Assembly (NCBI GenBank): GCA_019244185.1
Contig: JAFATB010000006.1
Span: forward strand, 448,001-512,000
From: Acidobacteriota bacterium
GTDB taxonomy: Bacteria; Acidobacteriota; Thermoanaerobaculia; Gp7-AA8
Direction: 5' to 3'
Length of the DNA stretch: 64,000 nucleotides
Shown here: in pieces, positions 9,141-19,704 of the stretch
Numbering within the stretch: the stretch's first letter is position 1
Layout: the number at the start of each line of letters is the position of its first letter
The notes under the pieces: generated by a model
What the model saw: only the letters and a program-made list of their open reading frames with translations
What the model was told of the DNA's origin: nothing
Databases searched by the model: none
Program-made: the position numbers and the translations under genes

Positions 9141-9953
9141 ATGGCTCGCTTGCGAATTTCATTCGCGCTCATCGTGATCCTCGCCGCATCGTCTCTCGCA
9201 GCACAAAACGATCCCACGACGAATCCCCAGCTGTTCGATCGCTACCTCGTTCCTGTTTTTACGAACGCCGTGCACGGATCGTTTGGGTCGGAGTTCTATT
9301 CGTCGCTTTCGCTCTGGAACAAGTCGGATACGCAGCCGCTGCGCGTGTGGGGGCTGCAGGAGGTCTGCGTCCTCAGCGCGTGCCCGCCGCCGCCCGACTT
9401 CCTCGACGTGCCGGCGCCGACGATCGAGGCGCCGCTGCTGCAGCCGAACGGCAATCCGGGACGCTTCGTCTTCGTCGAGAAGGCGCAATCCAACCGACTC
9501 GCGGCGAACCTCCGCGTTTACGACGCGAGCCGCGACGCGACGAACTTCGGCACCGAGCTGCCGGTCGTCCGCCAGAGTGATTTCGCGGAGCGCATCGTGC
9601 TGCCGGGCGTTCCGATGACGCCGCGGTTCCGCAACGTGCTGCGGATCTACTCCGCGGTCGCGACCGACGTCACGATCTCGTTCGGCGGCCCGGACGTCAT
9701 CGGCTCGCCGACGATCACGCCTCCGCCGCAACAGACGATCACGCTGCGCGAAGGCGAAAACGTCTTCGACCCGGCGTACGCGTCGTTCGCGAACTTTCCG
9801 TCGTACCCATACCCGCTGACGATCGTCGTCGACTCCGTCTCGGGCTGCCCGGTCTGTCTCTCGCCGCCCGTTCCACCGGCGCCGATCTGGGCTTTCGTCA
9901 GCGTCACGAACAACGAGACCCAGCACATCACCACGATCACGCCACAGCCGTGA
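9141..9953 (+). CDS. Secreted protein, paralog 1 (no IPT domain)
   Basis: Signal peptide, shared G.FGSEF and FGTE.P.VR motifs, C-terminal WAFVSVTNNETQHITTITPQP. Confidence 0.85.
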   Translation: MARLRISFALIVILAASSLAAQNDPTTNPQLFDRYLVPVFTNAVHGSFGSEFYSSLSLWNKSDTQPLRVWGLQEVCVLSACPPPPDFLDVPAPTIEAPLLQPNGNPGRFVFVEKAQSNRLAANLRVYDASRDATNFGTELPVVRQSDFAERIVLPGVPMTPRFRNVLRIYSAVATDVTISFGGPDVIGSPTITPPPQQTITLREGENVFDPAYASFANFPSYPYPLTIVVDSVSGCPVCLSPPVPPAPIWAFVSVTNNETQHITTITPQP

Positions 9954-9979
9954 GCAATTTTTGAGGGAGGTTTGTCTTG

Positions 9980-10996
9980 ATGCGATTCCGGATCCCCCTT
10001 CTGCTATCGTTGTTTCTCTCCGCCTTTGCGCTCCTCGCCCAGGAAAGCACGCCGTACAGCATCACTCCGAATTCGGGCCCGGTCACCGGCGGCACGCAGG
10101 TGACGATCAAGGGCGACTTCGGCACGTGGCCCTATGGCGTCATCTTCGGCACGGCCGGTGTCGTGGCCACGCGGGTCGACGAACACACGCTCGTCGCCAC
10201 GACGCCTCCGCATCCCGCGGGTACCGTGAGCGTGTCGATCTTCGAGTACGACATCTTCCTCGCCACCGATCTCACGTTCACGTTCACCGGTGAATCGGAC
10301 GAGCGGTTCGAGCGCGTGCTGCTGCCGATCTTCACGCCGCCCGTGCATGGCGCGTTCGGGTCGGAGTTCCACACCGATCTCGACGTGTGGAATCCGGATC
10401 CGTCGAAGACGGTGACGCTCTTCGGCGCCGAGTACGACTACGACCAGCCCGACCCCGACCCGAGTGTCACCGTGATTCCGGGCGGGAAGGTGACGCTCGG
10501 CCGCGTGCCGGAGAGCTTCGACGGCAACCCGGGACGGTTCGTGTATGTCGCCAAAGACGATTTCGATCTTCTCGGCGCGACGCTGCGCGTTCACGACGTG
10601 ACCCGCGAGGCGGCGAGCTTCGGTACGGAGATCCCCATCGTCCGCGAGCACGAGTTCAGCAGCGAGAAGCGCATCGCATTTCCGCACGTGCCGATCGATC
10701 CGCGCTTCCGCAACACGCTGCGCATCTACAGCACCGCTGCGACCACGGTCACCGTGACCGTCGGCCAGCAGGCATTCGCCGTCGAGCTGCAGGCGGGCAG
10801 CAACACCTACGAGCCGGCGTACGCCGCGTTCACGAACTTCCCTTCGGACGGCGTCGGCGCGACGACGGTGACGATCGACGCCGAGCGCATCGGCGTCGAT
10901 CCGCCCTCGCCGTTGCTCGGCCCTCCCATCTGGGCCTTCATCAGCGTGACGAACAACGACACGCAGCAGATCACCACCATCACCCCGCAACGCTGA
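9980..10996 (+). CDS. Secreted IPT/TIG-domain protein, paralog 2
   Basis: Signal peptide, IPT motif SITPNSGPVTGGTQVTIKG, same C-terminal motif, SD GAGGGAGG. Confidence 0.9.
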   Translation: MRFRIPLLLSLFLSAFALLAQESTPYSITPNSGPVTGGTQVTIKGDFGTWPYGVIFGTAGVVATRVDEHTLVATTPPHPAGTVSVSIFEYDIFLATDLTFTFTGESDERFERVLLPIFTPPVHGAFGSEFHTDLDVWNPDPSKTVTLFGAEYDYDQPDPDPSVTVIPGGKVTLGRVPESFDGNPGRFVYVAKDDFDLLGATLRVHDVTREAASFGTEIPIVREHEFSSEKRIAFPHVPIDPRFRNTLRIYSTAATTVTVTVGQQAFAVELQAGSNTYEPAYAAFTNFPSDGVGATTVTIDAERIGVDPPSPLLGPPIWAFISVTNNDTQQITTITPQR

Positions 10997-11074
10997 TTCC
11001 GCGAAATCCACGGCATGCGCGCGTCATCGCACGCGCGCATGCCCACAACCTCGAGCATTCGACGGAGGTCCTTC

Positions 11075-12088
11075 ATGCGATTCCGGATCCCCATTCTGCT
11101 GTCGTTGTTTCTCTCCGCAGTTGCGGTCTTCGCCCAGGAAAGCACGCCGTACTCGATCACTCCGAATTCCGGGCCGGTCGCCGGCGGCACGCAGGTGACG
11201 ATCAAGGGCGACTTCGGCTTCTGGCCGTACGCGATTCTCTTCGGCACTGCCGGCGTGCCCGCGACGCGCGTCGACGACCACACGCTCGTCGCCACGACGC
11301 CTGCGCATCCCGCGGGCACCGTGCCGGTCACGATCTTCGAGTACGACATCGGTCTCGCCACCGATCTCACGTTCACGTTCACCGGGCCCTCGGGCACGCG
11401 ATTCGAGCGCGTGCTGCTGCCGATCTTCACGCCGCCGGTGCAGGGCGCGTTCGGCTCGGAGTTCCACACCGAGGTCGAGGTGTGGAATCCGCAGTCGACG
11501 GGCGTGGTGACGCTGTTCGGAGCGGAAACCGACTCCAGCGTCGACATCGATCCGAGCGTCGCGCTGATTCCGGACGGGAAAACGACACTCAGCCGCGCGC
11601 CGCAGCACTTCAACGGCAACCCGGGGCATTTCCTCTACGTCGCCGAAGGAGACTTCGATCTCATCGGCGCCACGCTGCGCGTGCACGACGTAACGCGCGA
11701 GGCGACGAGCTTCGGCACGGAGATTCCCATCGTGCGCGAGCGCGAGTTCAGCCCATCGCAGACGATCGCGTTTCCGCATGTGCCGATCGATCCCCGCTTC
11801 CGCAACACGCTGCGCATCTACAGCACGGAGGCGACGACGGTGACAGTGAAGGTCGGGGCGCAGACGTTCGGGGTCACACTGCAACCCGGACGCGACATGT
11901 ACGAGCCCGCCTACGCGGCGTTCACGAACTTCCCCAACGACGGCATCGGCGCCACGACGGTGACGGTCGAACCGACCTTCATCCCGGTCGATCCGCCGTT
12001 GCCCGGCACAAACGTGCCCGTCTGGGCCTTCATCAGCGTGACGAACAACGACACGCAGCAGATCACCACCATCACCCCGCAACGCTAG
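11075..12088 (+). CDS. Secreted IPT/TIG-domain protein, paralog 3
   Basis: Close duplicate of 9980-10996, including the downstream flank. SD GGAGG. Confidence 0.9.
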   Translation: MRFRIPILLSLFLSAVAVFAQESTPYSITPNSGPVAGGTQVTIKGDFGFWPYAILFGTAGVPATRVDDHTLVATTPAHPAGTVPVTIFEYDIGLATDLTFTFTGPSGTRFERVLLPIFTPPVQGAFGSEFHTEVEVWNPQSTGVVTLFGAETDSSVDIDPSVALIPDGKTTLSRAPQHFNGNPGHFLYVAEGDFDLIGATLRVHDVTREATSFGTEIPIVREREFSPSQTIAFPHVPIDPRFRNTLRIYSTEATTVTVKVGAQTFGVTLQPGRDMYEPAYAAFTNFPNDGIGATTVTVEPTFIPVDPPLPGTNVPVWAFISVTNNDTQQITTITPQR

Positions 12089-12168
12089 TCCCGCGGAATC
12101 CGACGGCATGCGCGCGTCGTTGAAGCGCGCGCATGCCGTCGCTCTACCACTACGCCAGCCGCGCGCCG

Positions 12169-12798
12169 ATGAAGATCCGCAAGGTCTTCTTTCCCGCGCG
12201 CGCGGAGCGGCTGCACATCGGCTCCGGACCGCAGCGGCTCGATGGCTGGATCAACATCGACAACGTGAAGTATCCCGGCGTCGACCGCGTGCTCGACGTC
12301 ACGCACGGTCTGCCGTACCGCGACGTGCGCTTCATCTTCGCCGAGCATTTCATCGAGCATCTCAGCCTCAACGAGGTGATGTACCTCCTCCGCGAGTGCC
12401 GCCGCGTGCTCACCGACGACGGCGTGCTGCGCCTCTCGACGCCGAACCTCGACTGGGTCTGGGCATCGCACTACGAGCTCGGCTCCGAAGGCGACGACGC
12501 GGCGCGGACGTGCTTTCTGCTCAATCGCGCGTTCCGCGGCTGGGGACATCAGTTCCTCTACAACATCGAAGTGCTGCGCGGTCTGCTGCTCGACGCCGGC
12601 TTCGCGGACGTCGTCGTGTGCGCGTATGGCGAGAGCACGCATCCCGAGCTGCGCAATCTCGAGCGTCACGAGCGTTCCGAGGATTTCGAAGGACTGGCCG
12701 ACATCCTCGTCGTCGAGGCGTCCGGCCGCGGCGCCGGCGCTCCTCCCTATTTCTCGCGCTGGCGTCACGAGTTCCTCCACGCCCTCGGCGCGAAGTAA
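12169..12798 (+). CDS. Class I SAM-dependent methyltransferase (paralog B)
   Basis: Paralog of 7817-8410 (LHIGSG, AEHFIEHL, STPNLDWVWASHY). Confidence 0.85.
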   Translation: MKIRKVFFPARAERLHIGSGPQRLDGWINIDNVKYPGVDRVLDVTHGLPYRDVRFIFAEHFIEHLSLNEVMYLLRECRRVLTDDGVLRLSTPNLDWVWASHYELGSEGDDAARTCFLLNRAFRGWGHQFLYNIEVLRGLLLDAGFADVVVCAYGESTHPELRNLERHERSEDFEGLADILVVEASGRGAGAPPYFSRWRHEFLHALGAK

Positions 12799-13821
12799 TC
12801 AGAACAAGTCGCGCTGGTGTCGCGCGGCGGAGAGCGGGTATCCGAGGTGCTCGTAGGCAGTGCGGCTCGCGACGCGGCCGCGCGGCGTGCGCTGCATGAA
12901 GCCGATCTGGATGAGATACGGCTCGTACAAGTCTTCGATGGTTCCGCGGTCTTCGCCGATCGACGACGCGAGCGCGTTCACGCCGACGGGCCCGCCGCCG
13001 AAGCGCTCGATGATCGTCGTGAGCAGCTTGCGATCGATCTCGTCGAGGCCGTACTCATCGACTTCGAGCATGCCCAGCGCCTCGCGGGCGATATGGACGT
13101 CGATCTTGCCCTCGTGCCGCACTTCCGCAAAGTCGCGCACGCGGCGCAGGAGGCGGTTCGCGATGCGCGGCGTGCCGCGCGAGCGGCGCGCGATCTCGGA
13201 CGCGGCCTCGCGCTCGGTGGGGATGCCGAGGATCTCGGAGGAGCGGCGGACGATCACGGTGAGCGAGTCGACGTCGTAGAAGTCGAGTCGATGGACGATG
13301 CCGAAGCGCGCGCGCAGTGGCGCGGTGATGAGGCCAGCGCGCGTCGTCGCGCCGACAAGCGTGAAGCGCGGCAGCTCGAACTTCATCGTGCGCGCCGCGG
13401 GGCCCTGGCCGATCACGACGTCGACGTGAAAGTCTTCCATCGCAGAGTAGAGGATCTCCTCGACCTGCGCGGGCATGCGATGGATCTCGTCGATGAACAG
13501 CACCTCGCCGGCCTCGAGGTTCGTGACGATGCCGACGAGATCGCCCGGCTTCTCCAGCGCGGGACCCGACGTCGAGCGGAGACTCGCGTTCATTTCATTC
13601 GCGATGATGTTCGCGAGCGTCGTCTTGCCGAGTCCGGGCGGACCGAAGAGCAGCACGTGATCGAGTGGCTCGTGCCGTTTGCGCGCGGCCTCGAGCGAGA
13701 TCTCGAGGTTCGCTTTCACCTTCTGCTGCCCGATGTACTCGCGCAGCATTTTCGGGCGCAGCGAGAGCTCGGTCTGGAGATCGTCCTGATCGGGAGCCGG
13801 TGAGAGGATGCGGTCGTCCAC
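12799..13821 (-). CDS. ruvB: Holliday junction branch migration helicase RuvB
   Basis: [43 protein letters not shown]. Confidence 0.98.
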   Translation of the reverse strand: MDDRILSPAPDQDDLQTELSLRPKMLREYIGQQKVKANLEISLEAARKRHEPLDHVLLFGPPGLGKTTLANIIANEMNASLRSTSGPALEKPGDLVGIVTNLEAGEVLFIDEIHRMPAQVEEILYSAMEDFHVDVVIGQGPAARTMKFELPRFTLVGATTRAGLITAPLRARFGIVHRLDFYDVDSLTVIVRRSSEILGIPTEREAASEIARRSRGTPRIANRLLRRVRDFAEVRHEGKIDVHIAREALGMLEVDEYGLDEIDRKLLTTIIERFGGGPVGVNALASSIGEDRGTIEDLYEPYLIQIGFMQRTPRGRVASRTAYEHLGYPLSAARHQRDLF

Positions 13822-13831
13822 CGCGCGCAGT

Positions 13832-15448
13832 TTACCTTGGCAGCGTGACGGTGATCGCGGTGCCGGCGCCTTCGCGCGAGCTCACGTCGATGCGTCCGCC
13901 GTGCTCCTGCACGATGCGATACGAGATGGCCATGCCCAGTCCCGTGCCGGAGGGGAAGTTCGTGCGGAACGGCTGGAAAAGCCGCTGCAGGTCCGCCTGC
14001 GACATCCCGCGTCCGCTGTCGGCGAAGACGATGTTGTACGAGCCGTTCTCGATGGACGTGCTGACGGTCAGCACGCCGCCTTTCGGCATCGCCTGCACCG
14101 CGTTGCGCGCGAGGTTCCAGAACACCTGGCGGATCTGATCGCCGTCGCCGACGAGCGTAAACGACGGCGGCGCGATCGCGCGGCGAATCTCGTGCGCCGG
14201 CTGCAGCTCCGGCGAGTTCTCGAGCAGATCGAGCGTCTCGGAGAGACTGGCCGCGACGTCGAACTCCGCGGGGTGTTTCTCCTGCGGCCGCACGAAGCGG
14301 AGAAAGTCGGAGATCGATTTGTTCAGCCGCTCCGACTCTTTCAGCACGATCGACATCAGCCGCTGTTCCTGCGTCGACAGTGAGCTCGAGCTCTTGAGCA
14401 CCTGCACCGAGCCGGCGATCGCGGCGAGCGGATTCCGGATCTCGTGCGCGATGCCGGCGGAGAGCTCGCCTACCGCGGCCATCCTGTCCTTCAGCCGCAC
14501 CTCTGCCTCGAGCTTTTTCATCTCGGTGAGGTCCTGAAAGATCAGCGTGTAGCCGGCGTCGACGCCGTCGAGCGTCGTCAGCGGACTGACCGCGAAGCCG
14601 AGGCTCTGCGCGGCGCCGGCGAAGTCATCGAGCTCGCGGCGCACGACGTCGCCCGCGGCGAGCCGCTCGCGCGCGTCGTCCCAGCCATTGGGCGTGAAGA
14701 AGCCGAGCTCCGTCACGTGACGCCCGAGCACCGCCGCCGGTTGCATCTGCAGGATGTTCGCGCCGGCGGGGTTGATGAACGATGCGATGCCCGACGTCGC
14801 GAGCGTGATCAGTCCCGAGGGGATCGACTCGACGACGTTCTGATTGAGCGCGCGCAACTCCGCGAGGTTCTGCCGGTTGACATCGAGCTCCTCGGATGTT
14901 CGCTGCAGTTTCTCGGACAGATACGACGTGAGCAGCGCGGTCGCGTAGAAACCGGCGAAGTTCGCGGCCATGTTGAAGTAGAGCCGCGACGAGGTCCACG
15001 CGATCGGCAGAAAGAGCGACTGCTCCGGCATCGGAAAGACGCCGTAGTACATGAGATCGACGAGAGCGCCGTAGAGGATCGCCGCGCCGGACGCGGTGAG
15101 CAATCCGCCGCGGCGGTAGAGCAGCATCGACGCGGCGATGACCGAGACGAGATAGAGAAACGAGAACGGCGAGTCGAGACCGCCGGTGAAGTAGACGAGC
15201 AGCGTCTCGACGCAGAGATCGCCGAGCGTCTGGATCATGAGGTTGACCGAGCGCGACGGCACCGTGAGCGCGAGCGCGATGTACGCGAGCGTCAGCGCGT
15301 ACGTGAGGCCGGTGGCGATGTAGAGATAGTTGAGCGGCAGGACCTCGCGGACGGTGTACTGGATGATCAGCGCCGCGAGGAGCAGCGTCGTGACGACGAC
15401 GACCCGGACGGCGATCAGCATCCGGGTATCGGAAGACATGGTGGACAT
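13832..15448 (-). CDS. pilS: PilS-type sensor histidine kinase (TM, PAS, HisKA, HATPase)
   Basis: [22 protein letters not shown]-terminal TM region with TGG..SPF. Follows pilC. Confidence 0.85.
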   Translation of the reverse strand: MSTMSSDTRMLIAVRVVVVTTLLLAALIIQYTVREVLPLNYLYIATGLTYALTLAYIALALTVPSRSVNLMIQTLGDLCVETLLVYFTGGLDSPFSFLYLVSVIAASMLLYRRGGLLTASGAAILYGALVDLMYYGVFPMPEQSLFLPIAWTSSRLYFNMAANFAGFYATALLTSYLSEKLQRTSEELDVNRQNLAELRALNQNVVESIPSGLITLATSGIASFINPAGANILQMQPAAVLGRHVTELGFFTPNGWDDARERLAAGDVVRRELDDFAGAAQSLGFAVSPLTTLDGVDAGYTLIFQDLTEMKKLEAEVRLKDRMAAVGELSAGIAHEIRNPLAAIAGSVQVLKSSSSLSTQEQRLMSIVLKESERLNKSISDFLRFVRPQEKHPAEFDVAASLSETLDLLENSPELQPAHEIRRAIAPPSFTLVGDGDQIRQVFWNLARNAVQAMPKGGVLTVSTSIENGSYNIVFADSGRGMSQADLQRLFQPFRTNFPSGTGLGMAISYRIVQEHGGRIDVSSREGAGTAITVTLPR

Positions 15449-15485
15449 GAGACTGCGGCGAGGCGGGCCCCAGGCCCGCCTCGGC

Positions 15486-16688
15486 TTATCCGATCTGTCC
15501 GATGAGCGAGAACATCGGCATGTACATCGCGATGACGATGCCGCCGATGGCCACGCCGAGGAAGGCGATGAGAATCGGCTCGAGGAGCTTCATCAGACCG
15601 GCCACGGCGACGTCGACTTCGTCTTCGTAGAAGTCGGCGATCTTGGTGAGCATCGTGTCGAGCGCACCGGTCTGTTCGCCGACGCCGATCATCTGCACGA
15701 CCATCGACGGGAAGACGTCGGTGTCGCCGAGCGGCTCGCTGATGGTCTTGCCTTCTTCGACCGACTTGCGCGTGGCCATGATCGCGTCTTCGACGATCGA
15801 GTTGCCGGCGGTGCGCGCGGTGATCTGCAGGCCGTCGAGAATGGGCACGCCGGACGAAGTCAGCGTGGCGAGCGTGCGGCAGAAACGCGCGACGGCGATC
15901 TTGCGCAGCAGCATGCCGAGGACCGGCATCTTGAGCAGCAGGCCGTCGATGACGCGCTTGCCTTTGTACGTGCCGTGATAGCGGCGGACCGAGACGATGA
16001 GCGCGATGACGACGATGGTGACGAGCCACCAGAAGTCGGCGATGAAGTTCGAGAGCGCGATGACGACGCGCGTCGGGAGCGGCAGCTGCGCGCCGAGGCT
16101 TTCGAAGAGGGAGGCGAAGACCGGGATGACCTTCCAGAGAATGACCGCGACGACGATGCAGGCGATGCTGATGACGGCGACCGGATAGATCATCGCCGAC
16201 TTGACCTGCGAGTTGAGCTTGACCGCTTTCTCGATGTAGGTCGCGAGACGCTGGAGGATCGTGTCGAGAATACCGCCCGCCTCACCCGCGGCGACCATGT
16301 TCGTGAAGAGGTCGTTGAAGACCTTGGGATGCTTGCGCATCGCGTCGGCGAGGTTCGAGCCCGACTCGACGTCCTGCCGCACCTGCACGAGCGTGCGCTT
16401 GAAGGTCTTGTGGTCCTGCTGCGAGCCGAGGATCTCGAGGCACTGCACGAGCGGCAGGCCGGCGTCGATCATGACGGAGAACTGCCGCGTGAAGATCGCG
16501 ATCTGCTGGGGCGGGACGCGTCCGCCGAACTTCGGCAGCGCGATCTCTTTGCCCTTTTCCTTGACCGCGGTGACGACGATCTGCTGCCGCCGCATCACGG
16601 TGATGACGGCGTCCTTCGAGTCGGCGACCAGCACACCCGACTGCGTCTGCCCGTTCCTGGCCGTTCCCTTCCACTCGAATGTCGGCAT
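15486..16688 (-). CDS. pilC: Type IV pilus inner-membrane platform protein
   Basis: FTRQFSVMIDAGLPL, AGEAGG.LD, GEQTGALD, two T2SSF repeats. Confidence 0.97.
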   Translation of the reverse strand: MPTFEWKGTARNGQTQSGVLVADSKDAVITVMRRQQIVVTAVKEKGKEIALPKFGGRVPPQQIAIFTRQFSVMIDAGLPLVQCLEILGSQQDHKTFKRTLVQVRQDVESGSNLADAMRKHPKVFNDLFTNMVAAGEAGGILDTILQRLATYIEKAVKLNSQVKSAMIYPVAVISIACIVVAVILWKVIPVFASLFESLGAQLPLPTRVVIALSNFIADFWWLVTIVVIALIVSVRRYHGTYKGKRVIDGLLLKMPVLGMLLRKIAVARFCRTLATLTSSGVPILDGLQITARTAGNSIVEDAIMATRKSVEEGKTISEPLGDTDVFPSMVVQMIGVGEQTGALDTMLTKIADFYEDEVDVAVAGLMKLLEPILIAFLGVAIGGIVIAMYMPMFSLIGQIG

Positions 16689-16711
16689 GTTCCCCCTCCG
16701 GTCTCCCTAAC

Positions 16712-17842
16712 TCACGCGGAACGCGGGCGCACCGCACCGGCCGCCGCGGGCGGCCCCTGCGGGAACAGCGCGCCGGCGCCGCGCGAGATCATCTCCTGCA
16801 GCTCGTCGGGATTCGACGAGCGTGACAACGCGGTCTGCAGCGTGATCAGCTTCTTGAAGTACAGCGTCGCCAACGACTGGTTGAAAGTCTGCATTCCGTA
16901 TTTCGTCTGACCAGTTTGCATCATCGAGTAGATCTGATGCACCTTGTCTTCGCGGATGAGGTTCCGGATCGCGGCGTTCGGAACGAGGATTTCCATCGCC
17001 ATCACGCGTCCCTTGCCGTTCGCTTTCGGGAGCAGCGCCTGGCAGAGGATGCCCTCCAGCACGAACGACAGCTGCGCGCGGATCTGCGGCTGCTGGTGCG
17101 CGGGGAAGACGTCGACGATGCGGTTGATGGTCTGCGCGGCCGAGTTCGTGTGCAGCGTGCCGAACGTGAGGTGGCCGGTCTCGGCGATGCGCAGCGCGGA
17201 CTCGATGGTCTCGAGGTCGCGCATCTCGCCGATGAGGACGACGTCGGGATCCTGGCGCAGCGCGGACTTCAACGAGTTCGCGAAAGAGTGCGTGTCGGCG
17301 TGCAGCTCGCGCTGATTGACGACGCAGTTCTTGTGCTGGTGGAGGAACTCGACGGGATCTTCGATGGTGATGATGTGCTCGTGGCGCTCGCGGTTGATCT
17401 TGTCGATCATCGCGGCGAGCGTGGTCGACTTGCCGGAGCCGGTGGGGCCGGTGACGAGCACGAGGCCGCGCGGTTTGTTGCAGATCTCCTCGACGACGGC
17501 GGGAAGGCCGAGCTCGCGGAAGCCGAGGATCTCGTACGGGATCTGCCGGTAGACGGCGGCCGTGGCGCCGCGCTGGTTGAAGATGTTCGCGCGGAAGCGC
17601 GCCAGTCCTTTGATGCCGAACGAAATGTCGAGCTCGAGGTTCTCTTCGAAGCGGTGCTTCTGCGCGTCGGTGAGCACTGAGTACGCGAGCTGCTTGGTCT
17701 CCGGCGCGGTGAGCGGCGGCATGTCCAGCGGCACGAGCTTGCCGTCGATGCGGATCTGGGGCGGCGAGTTGGTGGTGACGTGCAGGTCCGAGCCGCCGCG
17801 CTCGACCATCGTCTTCAGCAGCTGATGCAGTGTGACGGGCAT
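16712..17842 (-). CDS. pilT: Type IV pilus retraction ATPase
   Basis: GPTGSGKSTT, ITIEDP, LRQDPD and the PilT signature AIRNLIRE. Confidence 0.98.
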   Translation of the reverse strand: MPVTLHQLLKTMVERGGSDLHVTTNSPPQIRIDGKLVPLDMPPLTAPETKQLAYSVLTDAQKHRFEENLELDISFGIKGLARFRANIFNQRGATAAVYRQIPYEILGFRELGLPAVVEEICNKPRGLVLVTGPTGSGKSTTLAAMIDKINRERHEHIITIEDPVEFLHQHKNCVVNQRELHADTHSFANSLKSALRQDPDVVLIGEMRDLETIESALRIAETGHLTFGTLHTNSAAQTINRIVDVFPAHQQPQIRAQLSFVLEGILCQALLPKANGKGRVMAMEILVPNAAIRNLIREDKVHQIYSMMQTGQTKYGMQTFNQSLATLYFKKLITLQTALSRSSNPDELQEMISRGAGALFPQGPPAAAGAVRPRSA

Positions 17843-17868
17843 TCGGTTCTCCGACGTCCGCGCGGCCG

Positions 17869-19584
17869 CTACAGCACCGTCTCGCGGACGACTTCCTCCA
17901 CGGTGGTGACGCCTTCCTTGATTTTAAACAGTCCGGACCGCCGCAGCGTGATCATCCCGTTCTCCATCGCCCGGCGCTTGATGTCGATGGCCGTGCCGCC
18001 GGAGAGGATGAGGTCGCGGATGTCGTCGTCGATCTGCATGACTTCGATGAGCGCCACGCGGCCTTTGTAGCCGGTGTTGTTGCACTTCTCGCAGCCGCGG
18101 CCCTTGTAGACGGTGAAGGTGCCGACTTCCTCTTTCTTGTAGCCGAGGTTGAGGAGCGCCTGCGGGGTCATGTCCACCGGCTCCTTGCAGAGCGAGCAGA
18201 TGCGGCGCGTGAGGCGCTGCGCGGCGATGAGCTGCGTCGCCGTCGCCACGAGGAACGGCTCGATGCCCATGTTCATGAGGCGGTTGATCGTCGACGGCGC
18301 GTCGTTCGTGTGCAGCGTCGAGAGCACGAGGTGTCCCGTGAGCGCGGCCTTGATCGCGATCTCCGCGGTCTCGAAGTCGCGGATCTCGCCGACGAGGATG
18401 ATGTTCGGATCCTGCCGCAGGAACGAGCGCAGCGTGGCCGCGAAGTTGAGGCCGATGCCCTCTTTCATCTGCACCTGGTTGATGCCGGGGAGGTTGAACT
18501 CGACCGGATCTTCCGCGGTCATGATGTTGACTTCCGGCGAGTTGACCTTCGAGAGCGCCGAGTAGAGCGTGTTCGTCTTGCCCGAGCCGGTGGGACCGGT
18601 GACGAGCACCATGCCCCACGGCTTGAAGATCGCCTCCTCGAAGCGCGCCAGCGACTCCGGCTCGAAGCCGAGCTTGGTCATGTCGAGGCGGAGGTTGTCC
18701 TTGTCGAGGAGACGCAGAACCATCTTCTCGCCGAAGAGCGTCGGCAGGCAGGAGACGCGGAAGTCGAGCTCCTTGTTCTTGTCCTCGAGCTTGATCTTCA
18801 GCTTGATGCGTCCGTCCTGCGGGAGGCGCTTCTCCGAGATGTCGAGCTTCGCCAGGATCTTCATGCGCGAGGTCATGGCGTCCTTGAGCTTCAAGGGCGG
18901 GTTCATGATCTCGTAGAGGATGCCGTCGATGCGGAAGCGGACGCGGAACTCTTTCTCGTACGGCTCGATGTGGATGTCCGACGCGCCGCGCTTGATGGCG
19001 TCGGTCAGAATCAGGTTGCACAACTTCACGACCGGCGCTTCCTCGGCCGAATCGGCGAGGGCGCTGACGTCGAGCTCTTCGTCCTCCTCGAGGACTTCGA
19101 GGTCCGCCGTCTCCGCCTGCTGAAGGTCTTCCATGACCTTCTTCAGCTCGAGCGAAGACGTCGTGCCGTAGTAGTTGTCGATGGCCGCCTTGATCCCCAG
19201 CTCGGAGGCCACGACCGGCTCGACGTTGTAGCCGGTCATGAACTTGATGTCGTCCATGGCGAAGACGTTCGTCGGATCGGCCATGGCGATGGTGATCGTG
19301 GCGCCGGTCTTGTTGACCGGGAGGATGTTGTACTTGCGCGCGACGTCGCCGGGGATCAGCTTGATCACCGAGCCGTCGATCTCGAAGTGCTGGAGGTTGA
19401 TGGAGGGGACGCCGAACTGCTGGGAGAGGCACTCCGTGATGTCTTCTTCCGAGACGAAGCCGAGCTTGATCAGCGTTTCGCCGAGCTTGCCGCCTGTCTC
19501 TTTCTGAACGCGAAGGGCTTCTTTGAGCTGATCCTGCGTGATCAGACTCGCTTTGGTGAGCAACTCACCGAGACGAACGCTCAT
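17869..19584 (-). CDS. pilB: Type IV pilus assembly ATPase
   Basis: N-terminal MshEN-like RLGELL..., GPTGSGKT, LRQDP, tetracysteine Zn motif. Confidence 0.97.
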   Translation of the reverse strand: MSVRLGELLTKASLITQDQLKEALRVQKETGGKLGETLIKLGFVSEEDITECLSQQFGVPSINLQHFEIDGSVIKLIPGDVARKYNILPVNKTGATITIAMADPTNVFAMDDIKFMTGYNVEPVVASELGIKAAIDNYYGTTSSLELKKVMEDLQQAETADLEVLEEDEELDVSALADSAEEAPVVKLCNLILTDAIKRGASDIHIEPYEKEFRVRFRIDGILYEIMNPPLKLKDAMTSRMKILAKLDISEKRLPQDGRIKLKIKLEDKNKELDFRVSCLPTLFGEKMVLRLLDKDNLRLDMTKLGFEPESLARFEEAIFKPWGMVLVTGPTGSGKTNTLYSALSKVNSPEVNIMTAEDPVEFNLPGINQVQMKEGIGLNFAATLRSFLRQDPNIILVGEIRDFETAEIAIKAALTGHLVLSTLHTNDAPSTINRLMNMGIEPFLVATATQLIAAQRLTRRICSLCKEPVDMTPQALLNLGYKKEEVGTFTVYKGRGCEKCNNTGYKGRVALIEVMQIDDDIRDLILSGGTAIDIKRRAMENGMITLRRSGLFKIKEGVTTVEEVVRETVL

Positions 19585-19704
19585 AGGTGCTTTCTGTCGA
19601 CTCCTGGGACGGTTGAGGCTCGACCGGAGACGCCACGCAACTCAGGCCGGCCGAGTGTATCACCCGCGTGAAACGCGGATTGCGAGCTAAGTTATTCAGC
19701 GCCG

